Below are positions 27,401 to 43,025 of a stretch of 64,000 bases of DNA, piece by piece (positions within the stretch are counted from its first letter, which is position 1; each line of letters opens with the position of its first letter). The stretch is from NCBI GenBank assembly GCA_040954595.2, contig CM082592.2:930001-994000 (forward strand), written 5' to 3'. The notes under the pieces were generated by a model. It saw only the letters and a program-made list of their open reading frames with translations. It was not told the origin of the DNA and did not search any database. The position numbers were made by a program, and so were the translations under genes. This stretch comes from Balanoglossus misakiensis (lineage: Eukaryota; Animalia; Hemichordata).

Positions 27401-30400
27401 AGGCCGAAGGAAATGTGAGTAGATCAACGTGGTCTCTGTACGCGTGTTTCTGCTCTAGAGTGCCAGGGCTTTAGCCAAGCCATGCCGTAGGAAATCTGAC
27501 TTGATCAACGTTGCTAACGAACGCTAGTGTCTGTCATAGTGTGCCTGGGTTTTAGTCGAGCCAAGCCGTAGGAGATCAGACTTGATCAACGTGGTCTCTG
27601 CACGCGTGTTTCTGCTCTAGAGTGCCGGGGCTTTATCCAAGCCATGCCGTAGAAAATCTGACTTGATCACCGTTGCTAACGTACGCTAGTGTCTGTCATA
27701 TTGTGACGGAGATTTAGCAGAGCCAGGCCGTAGAAAAATCGACTTGTTCAACGTTACCAGTGTGCACCTGTTTCTGCTCTAGAGTGTCAGGGTTTTAGCC
27801 GACTTATGCTGTAGGAAATCTGAGTTGATGAATGGGAATTCAATGTTAGAAAATCCGTGTGGAAAGTATCTCTACCCGTTTGAAACTAAGAAAAGAATTT
27901 ATTCTTATTTATTTTGTAAAAAAGACAATTTTTCGAAAAAAAGTCGAAAATGGTAATTTTGTCTTGGGTGATTCAAATTATACCGCCTTTTCTGGAATTT
28001 GCAGCACTTTTTACAAGAGAACAACACTTCATGCTCCATTATATTTCCGAAAATGAAGAAAAGAGTTAATTTTTTATGATATTTTAAAAATTTACCATTT
28101 TTGTCAAAATATGGCCAAAATGGCTATTTTTTCTTGAATTCCGTCAATATCTCTGCATTTTTGGAGTGGTCGAAAGTTTTAACATATAATCAACATGTCA
28201 TATATGATCAGGGCACCAAATTCGAAGAACAAAGGTTTTTTTATTTTTTTTTCTAAAAATGACATTTTCAAGGAAAATTTGGTAAAACGCAATTTTGTCT
28301 GCAGTGAGCCAAATTGGCCGTTTTTTGTGGAATTTGTATCGATATATATATACGAAGAGCATTCTATACTCCATCAGATTTCCGAAAATGTAGAAAACAG
28401 GTATTTTTTATAATTTTCAAAAATTTACCATTTTGACCAAATTGTGGCTAAAATTTTTATTTTCGTGTTGAATGCCGCCAGTGTCACTGCTTTTAAAAGT
28501 CATAAAATGTTTTAACATACAAGCAATTGTTTATATATGATCAGGTCACCGAATTAAAAAAATAAAGAATGTTTTGCCTAAAAATGACCTTTTTGGTGCA
28601 AAAACGAATAAAACGCAATTTTGTATTAAATCAGAGTGCATTTTTTATAATCAGCACCATTTTTACATATAATGGAAATTTCATACATCATCAGATATAC
28701 AAATATGAAAAAATGATTTAGATTTTAGATGATTGTCCAAAATTAGCTGATATCTAATAAATGTAGTATTGAACCGTTCTGTTCCCCCCCCCCCTACATT
28801 ATATGCGGTACGCCGATGTCAGCTTACCCGGCAGTACTGCAGGCCGTGCCCCCAACTAACGTCGGTGTTTGAAACGCCCTGGTTAAATTCGGGCTTTCTC
28901 TATAAATTGACAGGCAATAATGCAGTCCTACCCGAACAAATGTCGAGTGTTGACCCGCTGTGACTTCCCCACTTCGGTTTGCCCGACTTAGCCAACGTCT
29001 TTGTACTAGAGTGTCGGGTCTTTTGCAGAGCCAGGCCGAAGGAAATCCGACTTGATCACCGTTGCTAACGAACGCTAGTGTCTGTCATGGTGTGCCGGGG
29101 TTTTAGTCGAGCCAGGCCGTAGGAGATCTGACTTGATCATCGTGGTCAATGTACGCGTGTTTCCGCTCTAAAGTGCCGGGGCTTCAGCTAAACCAGGCCG
29201 TAGGAAATCCGACGTAATCACCGTTGATAACTTACGCCAGTCTGTGTCATATAGAGCCGGTGCACCAGCCGAGTCACGCCGTAGGAAATCTGACTTGATC
29301 AACGTGGTCAATGTTCGCCTGTTTCTGCTCTAGAGTGCCGGGGCTTCAGCTGAGCCAGGCCGTAGGAAACCCGACGTGATTACCGTTGTTAACTTACGCC
29401 AGTCTGTGTCCTATATATAGTGCCGGGCATCAGCCGTGCCAGGCCGAAGGAAATGTGAGTAGATCAACGTGGTCTCTGTACGCGTGTTTCTGCTCTAGAG
29501 TGCCAGGGCTTTAGCCAAGCCATGCCGTAGGAAATCTGACTTGATCAACGTTGCTAACGAACGCTAGTGTCTGTCATAGTGTGCCGGGGTTTTAGTCGAG
29601 CCAAGCCGTAGGAGATCAGACTTGATCAACGTGGTCTCTGTACGCGTGTTTCTGCTCTAGAGTGCCGGGGCTTTATCTAAGCCATGCCGTAGAAAATCTG
29701 ACTTGATCACCGTTGCTAACGTACGCTAGTGTCTGTCAAATTGTGACGGAGATTTAGCCGAGCCAGGCCGTAGAAAAATCGACTTGTTCAACGTTACCAG
29801 TGTGCAACTGTTTCTGCTCTAGAGTGTCAGGGTTTTAGCCGACTTATGCTGTAGGAAATCTGAGTTGATGAACGGGAATTCAATGTTAGAAAACCCATGT
29901 GGAAAGTATCTCTACCCGTTTGAAACTAAGAAAAGAATTTATTCTTATTTATTTTGTAAAAAAGACAATTTTTCGAAAAAAAGTTGAAAATGGTAATTTT
30001 GTCTTGGGTGATTCAAATTATACCACCTTTTCTGGAATTTGCAGCACTTTTTGCAAGAGAACGACACTTCATGCTCCATAATATTTCCGAAAATGAAGAA
30101 AAGAGTTAATTTTTTATGATTTTTTAAAAATTTACCATTTTTGTCAAAATATGGCCAAAATGGCTATTTTTTCTTGAATTCCGTCAATATCTCTGCATTT
30201 TTGGAGTGGTCGAAAGTTTTAACATACAATCAACATGTCATTATGATCGGGGCACCAAATTCGAAGAACAAAGGTTTTTTTATTTTTTTTTCTAAAAATG
30301 ACATTTTCAAGGAAAATTTGGTAAAACGCAATTTTGTCTGCAGTGAGCCATATTAGACTGTCTTTTTTTTGGAATTTGTATCGATATATACATACGAAGA

Positions 30401-33400
30401 GCATTCTATACTCCATCAGATTTCCGAAAATGTAGAAAACAGGTATTTTTTGTAATTTTCAAAAATTTTCCATTTTGACCAAATTGTGCTAAAATTGTTA
30501 TTTTCGTGTTGAATGCCGCCAGTGTCACTGCTTTTAAAAGTCATAAAAACTTTTAACATACAAGCAATTCTTTATATATGATCAGGTCACCGAATTAAAA
30601 AAATAAAGAATGTTTTGCCTAAAAATGACCTTTTAGGTGCAAAAACGAATAAAACGTAATTTTGTATTAAATCAGCTCATTCAGAGTGCATTTTTTATAA
30701 TCAGCACCATTTTTACATATAATTGAAATTTCATACATCATTAGATATCCAAATATGAAAAAATGATTTAGATTTTAGATGATTGTCCAAAATTAGCTGA
30801 TATCTAATAAATGTAGTATTGAACCGTTCTGTTTGCCCCCCCCCCTTACATTATATGCGGTACGCCGATGTCAGCTTACCCGGCAGTACTGCAGGCCGTG
30901 CCCCCAACTAACGTCGGTGTTTGGAACGCCCTGGTTAAATTCGGGCTTTCTCTATAAATTGACAGGCAATAATGCAGTCCTACCCGAACAAATGTCGAGT
31001 GTTGACCCGCTGTGACTTACCATCTTCGGTTTGCCCGACTTAGCCAACGTCTTTGTACTAGAGTGTCAGGTCTTTTGCAGAGCCAGGCCGAAGGAAATCC
31101 GACTTGATCACCGTTGCTAACGAACGCTAGTGTCTGTCATGGTGTGCCGGGGTTTTAGTCGAGCCAGGCCGTAGGAGATCTGACTTGATCATCGTAGTCA
31201 ATGTACGCGTGTTTCCGCTCTAATGTGCCGGGGCTTCAGCGAAACCAGACCGTAGGAAATCCGACGTAATCACCGTTGATAACTTACGCCAGTCTGTGTC
31301 ATATAGAGCCGGTGCACAAGCCGAGTCACGCCGTAGGAAATCTGACTTGATCAACGTGGTCAATGTACGCCTGTTTCTGCTCTAGAGTGCCGGGGCTTCA
31401 GCTGAGCCAGGCCGTAGGAAACCCGACGTGATTACCGTTGTTAACTTACGCCAGTCTGTGTCCTATATATAGTGCCGGGGCATCAGCCGTGCCAGGCCGA
31501 AGGAAATGTGAGTAGATCAACGTGGTCTCTGTACGCGTGTTTCTGCTCTAGAGTGCCAGGGCTTTAGCCAAGCCATGCCGTAGGAAATCTGACTTGATCA
31601 ACGTTGCTAACGAACGCTAGTGTCTGTCATAGTGTGCCGGGGTTTTAGTCGAGCCAAGCCGTAGGAGATCAGACTTGATCAACGTGGTCTCTGTACGCGT
31701 GTTTCTGCTCTAGAGTGCCGGGGCTTTATCCAAGCCATGCCGTAGAAAATCTGACTTCATCACCGTTGCTAACGTACGCTAGTGTCTGTCATATTGTGAC
31801 GGAGATTTAGCCGAGCCAGGCCATAGAAAAATCGACTTGTTCAACGTTACCAGTGTGCAACTGTTTCTGCTCTAGAGTGTCAGGGTTTTAGCCGACTTAT
31901 GCTGTAGGAAATCTGAGTTGATGAACGGGAATTCAATGTTAGAAAACCCTTGTGGAAAGTATCTCTACCCGTTTGAAACTAAGAAAAGAATTTATTCTTA
32001 TTTATTTTGTAAAAAAGACAATTTTTCGAAAAAAAGTCGAAAATGGTAATTTTGTCTTGGGTGATTCAAATTATACCGCCTTTTCTGGAATTTGCTGCAC
32101 TTCTTACAAGAGAACGACACTTCATGCTCCATAATATTTCGGAAAATGAAGAAAAGAGTTATTTTTTTATGATTTTTTAAAAATTTACCATTTTTGTCAA
32201 AATATGGCCAAAATGGCTATTTTGTCTTGAATTCCGTCAATATATCTGCATTTTTGGAGTGGTCGTAAGTTTTAACATACAATCAACATGTCATATATGA
32301 TCAGGGCACCAAATTCGAAGAACAAAGATTTTTTTATTTTTTTTTTTCTAAAAATGACATTTTCAAGGAAAATTTGGTAAAACGCAATTTTGTCTGCAGT
32401 GAGCCAAATTAGACGGTCTTTTGTGGAATTTGTATCGATATATACATACGAAGAGCATTCTATACTCCATCAGATTTCCGAAAATGTAGAAAACAGGTAT
32501 TTTTTTGTAATTTTCAAAAATTTACCATTTTGACCAAATTGTGGCTAAAATTGTTATTTTCGTGTTGAATGCCGCCAGTGTCACTGCTTTTAAAAGTCAT
32601 AAAAACTTTTAACATACAAGCAATTGTTTATATATGATCAGGTCACCGAATTAAAAAAATAAAGAATGTTTTGCCTAAAAATGACCTTTTTGGTGCAAAA
32701 ACGAATAAAACGCAATTTTGTATTAAATCAGAATGCATTTTTTATAATCAGCACCATTTTTACATGTAATGGAAATTTCATACATCATCAGATATCCAAA
32801 TATAAAAAAAATGATTTAGATTTTAGATGATTGTCCAAAATTAGCTGATATCTAATAAATGTAGTATTGAACCGTTCTGTCCCCCCCCCCCTACATTATA
32901 TGCGGTACGCCGATGTCAGCTTACCCGGCAGTACTGCAGGCCGTGCCCCCAACTAACGTCGGTGTTTGAAACGCCCTGGTTAAATTCGAGCTTTCTCTAT
33001 AAATTGACAGGCAATAATGCAGTCCTACCCGAACAAATGTCAAGTGTTAAACTGCTGTGACTTTCCCTCTTCGGTTTGCCCGACTTAGCCAACGTCTTTG
33101 TACTAGAGTGTCGGGTGTTTTGCAGAGCCAGGCCGAAGGAAATCCGACTTGATCACCGTTGCTAACGAACGCTAGTGTCTATCATGGTGTGCCGGGGTTT
33201 TAGTCGAGCCAGGCCGTAGGAGATCTGACTTGATCATCGTGGTCAATGTACGCATGTTTCCGCTCTAAAGTACCGGGGCTTCAGGTAAACCAGGCCGTAG
33301 GAAATCCGACGTAATCACCGTTGATAACTTACGCCAGTCTGTGTCATATAGAGCCGGTGCACCAGCCGAGTCACGCCGTAGGAAATCTGACTTGATCAAC

Positions 33401-36400
33401 GTGGTCAATGTACGCCTGTTTCTGCTCTAGAGTGCCGGGGCTTCAGCTGAGCCAGGCAGTAGGAAACCCGACGTGATTACCGTTGTTAACTTACGCCAGT
33501 CTGTGTCATATATATAGTGCCGGGGCATCAGCCGTGCCAGGCCGAAGGAAATGTGAGTAGATCAACGTGGTCTCTGTACGCGTGTTTCTGCTCTAGAGTG
33601 CCAGGGCTTTAGCCAAGCCATGCCGTAGGAAATCTGACTTGATCAACGTTGCTAACGAACGCTAGTGTCTGTCATAGTGTGCCGGGGTTTTAGTCGAGCC
33701 AAGCCGTAGGAGATCAGACTTGATCAACGTGGTCTCTGCACGCGTGTTTCTGCTCTAGAGTGCCGGGGCTTTATCCAAGCCATGCCGTAGAAAATCTGAC
33801 TTGATCACCGTTGCTAACGTACGCTAGTGTCTGTCATATTGTGACGGAGATTTAGCCGAGCAAGGCCATAGAAAAATCGACTTGTTCAACGTTACCAGTG
33901 TGCAACTGTTTCTGCTCTAGAGTGTCAGGGTTTTAGCCGACTTATGCTGTAGGAAATCTGAGTTGATGAACGGGAATTCAATGTTAGAAAACCCTTGTGG
34001 AAAGTATCTCTACCCGTTTGAAACTAAGAAAAGAATTTATTCTTATTTATTTAGTAAAAAAGACAATTTTTCGAAAAAAAGTCGAAAATGGTAATTTTGT
34101 CTTGGGTGATTCAAATTATACCGCCCTTTCTGGAATTTGCTGCACTTCTTACAAGATAACGACACTTCATGCTCCATAATATTTCGGAAAATGAAGAAAA
34201 GAGTTATGTTTTTATGATTTTTTAAAAATTTACCATTTTTGTCAAAATATGGCCAAAATGGCTATTTTTTCTTGAATTCCGTCAATATCTCTGCATTTTT
34301 GGAGTGGTCGAAAGTTTTAACATACAATCAACATGTCATTATGATCGGGGCACCAAATTCGAAGAACAAAGGTTTTTTTATTTTTTTTTCTAAAAATGAC
34401 ATTTTCAAGGAAAATTTGGTAAAACGCAATTTTGTCTGCAGTGAGCCAAATTAGACGGTCTTTTGTGGAATTTGTATCGATATATACATACGAAGAGCAT
34501 TCTATACTCCATCAGCTTTCCGAAAATGTAGAAAACAGGTATTTTTTTGTAATTTTCAAAAATTTACCGTTTTGACCAAATTGTGGCTAAAATTGTTATT
34601 TTCGTGTTGAATGCCGCCAGTGTCACTGCTTTTAAAAGTCATAAAAACTTTTAACATACAAGCAATTGTTTATATATGATCAGGTCACCGAATTTATAAA
34701 ATAAAGAATGTTTTGCCTAAAAATGACCTTTTTGGTGCAAAAACGAATAAAACGCAATTTTGTATTAAATCAGCTCATTCAGAGTGCATTTTTTATAATC
34801 AGCACCATGTTTACATATAATGGAAATTTCATACATCATCAGATATCCAAATATGAAAAAATGATTTAGATTTTAGATGATTGTCCAAAATTAGCTGATA
34901 TCTAACAAATGTAGTATTGAACCGTTCTGTTCCCCCCCCCCCTTACATTATATGCGGTAGGCCGATGTCAGCTTACCCGGCAGTACTGTAGGCCGTGCCC
35001 CCAACAAACGTCGGTGTTTGAAACGCCCTGGTTAAATTCGGGCTCTCTCTTTAAATTGACAGGCAATAATGCAGTCCTACCGGAAAATATGTCAAGTGTT
35101 GAACCGCTGTGACTTTCCCTGTTCGGTTTGCCCGACTTAGCCAACGTCTTTGTACTAGAGTGTCGGGTCTTTTGCAGAGCCAGGCCGAAGGAAATCCGAC
35201 TTGATCACCGTTGCTAACGAACGCTAGTGTCTGTCATGGTGTGCCGGGGTTTTAGTCGAGCCAGGCCGTAGGAGATCTGACTTGATCATCGTGGTCAATG
35301 TACGCGTGTTTCCGCTCTAAAGTGCCGGGGCTTCAGCTAAACCAGGCCGTAGGAAATCCGACGTAATCACCGTTGATAACTTACGCCAGTCTGTGTCATA
35401 TAGAGCCGGTGCACCAGCCGAGTCACGCCGTAGGAAATCTGACTTGATCAACGTGGTCAATGTACGCCTGTTTCTGCTCTAGAGTGCCGGGGCTTCAGCT
35501 GAGCCAGGCCGTAGGAAACCCGACGTGATTACCGTTGTTAACTTACGCCAGTCTGTGTCCTATATATAGTGCCGGGGCATCAGCCGTGCCAGGCCGAAGG
35601 AAATGTGAGTAGATCAACGTGGTCTCTGTACGCGTGTTTCTGCTCTAGAGTGCCAGGGCTTTAGCCAAGCCATGCCGTAGGAAATCTGACTTGATCAACG
35701 TTGCTAACGAACGCTAGTGTCTGTCATAGTGTGCCGGGGTTTTAGTCGAGCCAAGCCGTAGGAAATCAGACTTGATCAACGTGGTCTCTGTACGCGTGTT
35801 TCTGCTCTAGAGTGCCGGGGCTTTATCTAAGCCATGCCGTAGAAAATCTGACTTGATCACCGTTGCTAACGTACGCTAGTGTCTGTCATATTGTGACGGA
35901 GATTTAGCCGAGCCAGGCCGTAGAAAAATCGACTTGTTTAACGTTACCAGTGTGCAACTGTTTCTGCTCTAGAGTGTCAGGGTTTTAGCCGACTTATGCT
36001 GTAGGAAATCTGAGTTGATGAACGGGAATTTAATGTTAGAAAACCCGTGTGGAAAGTATCTCTACCCGTTTGAAACTAAGAAAAGAATTTATTCTTATTT
36101 ATTTTGTAAAAAAGACAATTTTTCGAAAAAAAGTCGAAAATGGTAATTTTGTCTTGGGTGATTCAAATTATACCACCTTTTCTGGAATTTGCAGCACTTT
36201 TTACAAGAGAACGACACTTCATGCTCCATAATATTTCGGAAAATGAAGAAAAGAGTTATTTTTTTATGATTTTTTAAAAATTTACCATTTTTGTCAAAAT
36301 ATGGCCAAAATGGCTATTTTTTCTTGAATTCCGTCAATATATCTGCATTTTTGGAGTGGTCGAAAGTTTTAACATACAATCAACATGTCATATATGATCA

Positions 36401-39400
36401 GGGCACCAAATTCGAAAAACAAAGGTTTTTTTATTTTTTTTTCTTCTAAAAATGACATTTTCAAGGAAAATTTGGTAAAACGCAATTTTGTCTGCAGTGA
36501 GCCAAATTAAACGGTCTTTTGTGGAATTTGTATCGATATATACATACGAAGAGCATTCTATACTCCATCAGATTTCCGAAAATGTAGAAAAGAGGTATTT
36601 TTTTGTAATTTTCAAAAATTTACCATTTTGACCAAATTGTGGCTAAAATTTTTATTTTCATGTTGAATGCCGCCAGTGTCACTGCTTTTAAAAGTCATAA
36701 AAACTTTTAACATACAAGCAATTGTTTATATATGATCAGGTCACCGAATTAAAAAAATAAAGAATGTTTTGCCTAAAAATGACCTTTTTGGTGCAAAAAC
36801 GAATAAAACGCAATTTTGTATTAAGTCAGAATGCATTTTTTATAATCAGCACCATTTTTACATGTAATGGAAATTTCATACATCATCAGATATCCAAATA
36901 TAAAAAAAATGATTTAGATTTTAGATGATTGTCCAAAATTAGCTGATATCTAATAAATGTAGTATTGAACCGTTCTGTCCCCCCCCCCCCCTACATTATA
37001 TGCGGTACGCCGATGTCAGCTTACCCGGCAGTACTGCAGGCCGTGCCCCCAACTAACGTCGGTGTTTGAAACGCCCTGGTTAAATTCGAGCTTTCTCTAT
37101 AAATTGACAGGCAATAATGCAGTCCTACCCGAACAAATGTCAAGTGTTAAACTGCTGTGACTTTCCCTCTTCGGTTTGCCCGACTTAGCCAACGTCTTTG
37201 TACTAGAGTGTCGGGTGTTTTGCAGAGCCAGGCCGAAGGAAATCCGACTTGATCACCGTTGCTAACGAACGCTAGTGTCTATCATGGTGTGCCGGGGTTT
37301 TAGTCGAGCCAGGCCGTAGGAGATCTGACTTGATCATCGTGGTCAATGTACGCGTGTTTCCGCTCTAAAGTACCGGGGCTTCAGGTAAACCAGGCCGTAG
37401 GAAATCCGACGTAATCACCGTTGATAACTTACGCCAGTCTGTGTCATATAGAGCCGGTGCACCAGCCGAGTCACGCCGTAGGAAATCTGACTTGATCAAT
37501 GTGGTCAATGTACGCCTGTTTCTGCTCTAGAGTGCCGGGGCTTCAGCTGAGCCAGGCAGTAGGAAACCCGACGTGATTACCGTTGTTAACTTACGCCAGT
37601 CTGTGTCATATATATAGTGCCGGGGCATCAGCCGTGCCAGGCCGAAGGAAATGTGAGTAGATCAACGTGGTCTCTGTACGCGTGTTTCTGCTCTAGAGTG
37701 CCAGGGCTTTAGCCAAGCCATGCCGTAGGAAATCTGACTTGATCAACGTTGCTAACGAACGCTAGTGTCTGTCATAGTGTGCCGGGGTTTTAGTCGAGCC
37801 AAGCCGTAGGAGATCAGACTTGATCAACGTGGTCTCTGCACGCGTGTTTCTGCTCTAGAGTGCCGGGGCTTTATCCAAGCCATGCCGTAGAAAATCTGAC
37901 TTGATCACCGTTGCTAACGTACGCTAGTGTCTGTCATATTGTGACGGAGATTTAGCCGAGCAAGGCCATAGAAAAATCGACTTGTTCAACGTTACCAGTG
38001 TGCAACTGTTTCTGCTCTAGAGTGTCAGGGTTTTAGCCGACTTATGCTGTAGGAAATCTGAGTTGATGAACGGGAATTCAATGTTAGAAAACCCTTGTGG
38101 AAAGTATCTCTACCCGTTTGAAACTAAGAAAAGAATTTATTCTTATTTATTTAGTAAAAAAGACAATTTTTCGAAAAAAAGTCGAAAATGGTAATTTTGT
38201 CTTGGGTGATTCAAATTATACCGCCTTTTCTGGAATTTGCTGCACTTCTTACAAGAGAACGACACTTCATGCTCCATAATATTTCGGAAAATGAAGAAAA
38301 GAGTTATGTTTTTATGATTTTTTAAAAATTTACCATTTTTGTCAAAATATGGCCAAAATGGCTATTTTTTCTTGAATTCCGTCAATATATCTGCATTTTT
38401 GGAGTGGTCGAAAGTTTTAACATACAATCAACATGTCATATATGATCAGGGCACCAAATTCGAAGAACAAAGGTTTTTTTATTTTTTTTTCTTCTAAAAA
38501 TGACATTTTCAAGGAAAATTTGGTAAAACGCAATTTTGTCTGCAGTTAGCCAAATTAGACGGTCTTTTGTGGAATTTGTATCGATATATACATACGAAGA
38601 GCATTCTATACTCCATCAGATTTCCGAAAATGTAGAAAACAGGTATTTTTTTGTAATTTTCAAAAATTTACCATTTTGACCAAATTGTGGCTAAAATTGT
38701 TATTTTCGTGTTGAATGCCGCCAGTGTCACTGCTTTTAAAAGTCATAAAAACTTTTAACATACAAGCAATTGTTTATATATGATCAGGTCACCGAATTAA
38801 AAAAATAAAGAATGTTTTGCCTAAAAATGACCTTTTTGGTGCAATAACGAATAAAACGCAATTTTGTATTAAATCAGAATGCATTTTTTATAATCAGCAC
38901 CATTTTTACATGTAATGGAAATTTCATACATCATCAGATATCCAAATATGAAAAAATGATTTAGATTTTAGATGATTGTCCAAAATTAGCTGATATCTAA
39001 TAAATGTAGTATTGAACCGTTCTGTTCCCCCCCCCCCTACATTATATGCGGTACGCCGATGTCAGCTTACCCGGCAGTACTGCAGGCCGTGTCCCCAACT
39101 AACGTCGGTGTTTGAAACGCCCTGGTTAAATTCGGGCTTTCTCTATAAATCGACAGGCAATAATGCAGTCCTACCGGAACAAATGTCGAGTGTTGACCAG
39201 CTGTGACTTTCCCTCTTCGGTTTGCCCGACTTAGCCAACGTCTTTGTACTAGAGTGTCGGGTCTTTTGCAGAGCCAGGCCGAAGGAAATCCGACTTGATC
39301 ACCGTTGCTAACGAACGCTAGTGTCTGTCATGGTGTGCCGGGGTTTTAGTCGGGCCAGGCCGTAGGAGATCTGACTTGATCATCGTGGTCAATGTACGCG

Positions 39401-42400
39401 TGTTTCCGCTCTAAAGTGCCGGGGCTTCAGCTAAACCAGGCCGTAGGACATCCGCCGAAATCACCGTTGATAACTTACGCCAGTCTGTGTCATATAGAGC
39501 CGGTGCACCAGCCGAGTCACGCCGTAGGAAATCTGACTTGATCAACGTGGTCAATGTACGCCTGTTTCTGCTCTAGAATGCCGGGGCTTCAGCTGAGCCA
39601 GGCCGTAGGAAACCCGACGTGATTACCGTTGTTAACTTACGCCAGTCTGTGTCCTATATATAGTGCCGGGGCATCAGCCGTGCCAGGCCGAAGGAAATGT
39701 GAGTAGATCAACGTGGTCTCTGTACGCGTGTTTCTGCTCTAGAGTGCCAGGGCTTTAGCCAAGCCATGCCGTAGGAAATCTGACTTGATCAACGTTGCTA
39801 ACGAACGCCAGTCTGTGTCATATAGAGCCGGTGCACCAGCCGAGTCACGCCGTAGGAAATCTGACTTGATCAACGTGGTCAATGTACGCCTGTTTCTGCT
39901 CTAGAGTGCCGGGGCTTCAGCTGAGCCAGGCCGAAGGAAATGTGAGTAGATCAACGTGGTCTCTGTACGCGTGTTTCTGCTCTAGAGTGCCAGGGCTTTA
40001 GCCAAGCCATGCCGTAGGAAATCTGACTTGATCAACGTTGCTAACGAACGCTAGTGTCTGTCATAGTGTGCCGGGGTTTTAGTCGAGCCAAGCCGTAGGA
40101 GATCAGGCTTGATCAACGTGGTCTCTGTACGCGTGTTTCTGCTCTAGAGTGCCGGGGCTTTATCCAAGCCATGCCGTAGAAAATCTGACTTGATCACCGT
40201 TGCTAACGTACGCTAGTGTCTGTCATATTGTGACGGAGATTTAGCCGAGCCAGGCCATAGAAAAATCGACTTGTTCAACGTTACCAGTGTGCAACTGTTT
40301 CTGCTCTAGAGTGTCAGGGTTTTAGCCGACTTATGCTGTAGGAAATCTGAGTTGATGAACGGGAATTCAATGTTAGAAAACCCTTGTGGAAAGTATCTCT
40401 ACCCGTTTGAAACTAAGAAAAGAATTTATTCTTATTTATTTTGTAAAAAAGACAATTTTTCGAAAAAAAGTCGAAAATGGTAATTTTGTCTTGGGTGATT
40501 CAAATTATACCGCCTTTTCTGGAATTTGCTGCACTTCTTACAAGAGAACGACACTTCATGCTCCATAATATTTCGGAAAATGAAGAAAAGAGTTATTTTT
40601 TTATGATTTTTTAAAAATTTACCATTTTTGTCAAAATATGGCCAAAATGGCTATTTTTTCTTGAATTCCGTCAATATATCTGCATTTTTGGAGTGGTCGA
40701 AAGTTTTAACGTACAATCAACATGTTATATATGATCAGGGCACCAAATTCGAAGAACAAAGGTTTTTTTATTTTTTTTTCTTCTAAAAATGACATTTTCA
40801 AGGAAAATTTGGTAAAACGCAATTTTGTCTGCAGTGAGCCAAATTAGACGGTCTTTTTTTTTTTGAATTTGTATCGATATATACATACGAAGAGCATTCT
40901 ATACTCCATCAGATTTCCGAAAATGTAGAAAACAGGTATTTTTTTGTAATTTTTAAAAATTTACCATTTTGCCCAAATTGTGGCTAAAATTGTTATTTTC
41001 CTGTTGAATGCCGCCAGTGTCACTGCTTTTAAAAGTCATAAAAACTTTTAACATACAAGCAATTGTTTATATATGATCAGGTCACCGAATTAAAAAAATA
41101 AAGAATGTTTTGCCTAAAAATGACCTTTTTGGTGCAAAAACGAATAAAACGCAATTTTGTATTAAATCAGCTCATTCAGAGTGCATTTTTATAATCAGCA
41201 CCATTTTTACATATAATGGAAATTTCATACATCATCAGATATCCAAATATGAAAAAATGAATTAGATTTAAGATGATTGTCCAAAATTAGCTGATATCTG
41301 ATAAATGTAGTATTAAACCGTTCTGTTTCCCCCCCCCCCCCTACATTACATGCCGTACGCCGATGTCAGCTTACCCGGCAGTACTGCAGGCCGTGCCCCC
41401 AACTAACGTCGGTGTTTGAAACGCCCTGGTTAAATTCGAGCTTTCTCTATAAATTGACAGGCAATAATGCAGTCCTACCCGAACAAATGTCGAGTGTTGA
41501 CCCGCTGTGACTTTCCCTCTTCGGTTTGCCCGACTTAGCCAACGTCTTTGTACTAGAGTGTCGGGTGTTTTGCAGAGCCAGGCCGAAGGAAATCCGACTT
41601 GATCACCGTTGCTAACGAACGCTAGTGTCTGTCATGGTGTGCCGGGGTTTTAGTCGAGCCAGGCCGTAGGAGATCTGACTTGATCATCGTGGTCAATGTA
41701 CGCGTGTTTCCGCTCTAAAGTGCCGGGGCTTCAGCTAAACCAGGCCGTAGGAAATCCGACGTAATCACCGTTGATAACTTACGCCAGTCTGTGTCATATA
41801 GAGCCGGTGCACCAGCCGAGTCACGCCGTAGGAAATCTGACTTGATCAACGTGGTCAATGTACGCCTGTTTCTGCTCTAGAGTGCCGGGGCTTCAGCTGA
41901 GCCAGGCCGTAGGAAACCCGACGTGATTACCGTTGTTAACTTACGCCAGTCTGTGTCCTATATATAGTGCCGGGGCATCAGCCGTGCCAGGCCGAAGGAA
42001 ATGTGAGTAGATCAACGTGGTCTCTGTACGCGTGTTTCTGCTCTATAGTGCCAGGGCTTTAGCCAAGCCATGCCGTAGGAAATCTGACTTGATCAACGTT
42101 GCTTACTAACGCTAGTGTCTGTCATAGTGTGCCGGGGTTTTAGTCGAGCCAAGCCGTAGGAGATCAGACTTGATCAACGTGCTCTCTGTACGCGTGTTTC
42201 TGCTCTAGAGTGCCGGGGCTTTATCCAAGCCATGCCGTAGAAAATCTGACTTGATCACCGTTGCTAACGTACGCTAGTGTCTGTCATATTGTGACGGAGA
42301 TTTAGCCGAGCCAGGCAGTAGAAAAATCGACTTGTTCAACGTTACCAGTGTGCAACTGTTTCTGCTCTAGAGTGTCAGGGTTTTAGCCGACTTATGCTGT

Positions 42401-43025
42401 AGGAAATCTGAGTTGATGAACGGTATTTCAATGTTAGAAAACCCGTGTGGAAAGTATCTCTACCCGTTTCAAACTAAGAAAAGAATTTATTCTTATTTAT
42501 TTTGTAAAAAAGACAATTTTTCGAAAAAAAGTCGTAATTTTGTCTTGGGTGATTTAAATTATACCGCCTTTTCTGGAATTTGCAGCACTTTTTACAAGAG
42601 AACGACACTTCATGCTCCATAATATTTCCGAAAAAATAAGAAAAGAGTTAATTTTTCATGATTTTTTAAAAATTTACCATTTTTGTCAAAATATGGCCAA
42701 AATGGCTATTTTTTCTTGAATTCCGACAATATCTCTGCATTTTTGGAGTGGTCGAAAGTCTTAACATACAATCAACATGCCATATATGATCAGGGCACCA
42801 AATTCGAAGAACAAAGGTTTTTTTTTTTTTTTTTCTAAAAATGACATTTTCAAGGAAAATTTGGTAAAACGCAATTTTGTCTGCAGTGAGCCAAATTAGA
42901 CGGTCTTTTGTGGAATTTGTATCGATATATACATACGAAGAGCATTCTATACTCCATCAGATTTCCGAAAATGTAGAAAACAGGTATTTTTTGTAATTTT
43001 CAAAAATTTACAATTTTGACCAAAT
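21455..43025 (+). repeat. Macrosatellite array, block 2 (~11 units)
   Basis: Landmark at 22122, 23929, 25975, 27859, 29899, 31952, 33997, 36049, 38097, 40386 and ~42447. Confidence 0.97.
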
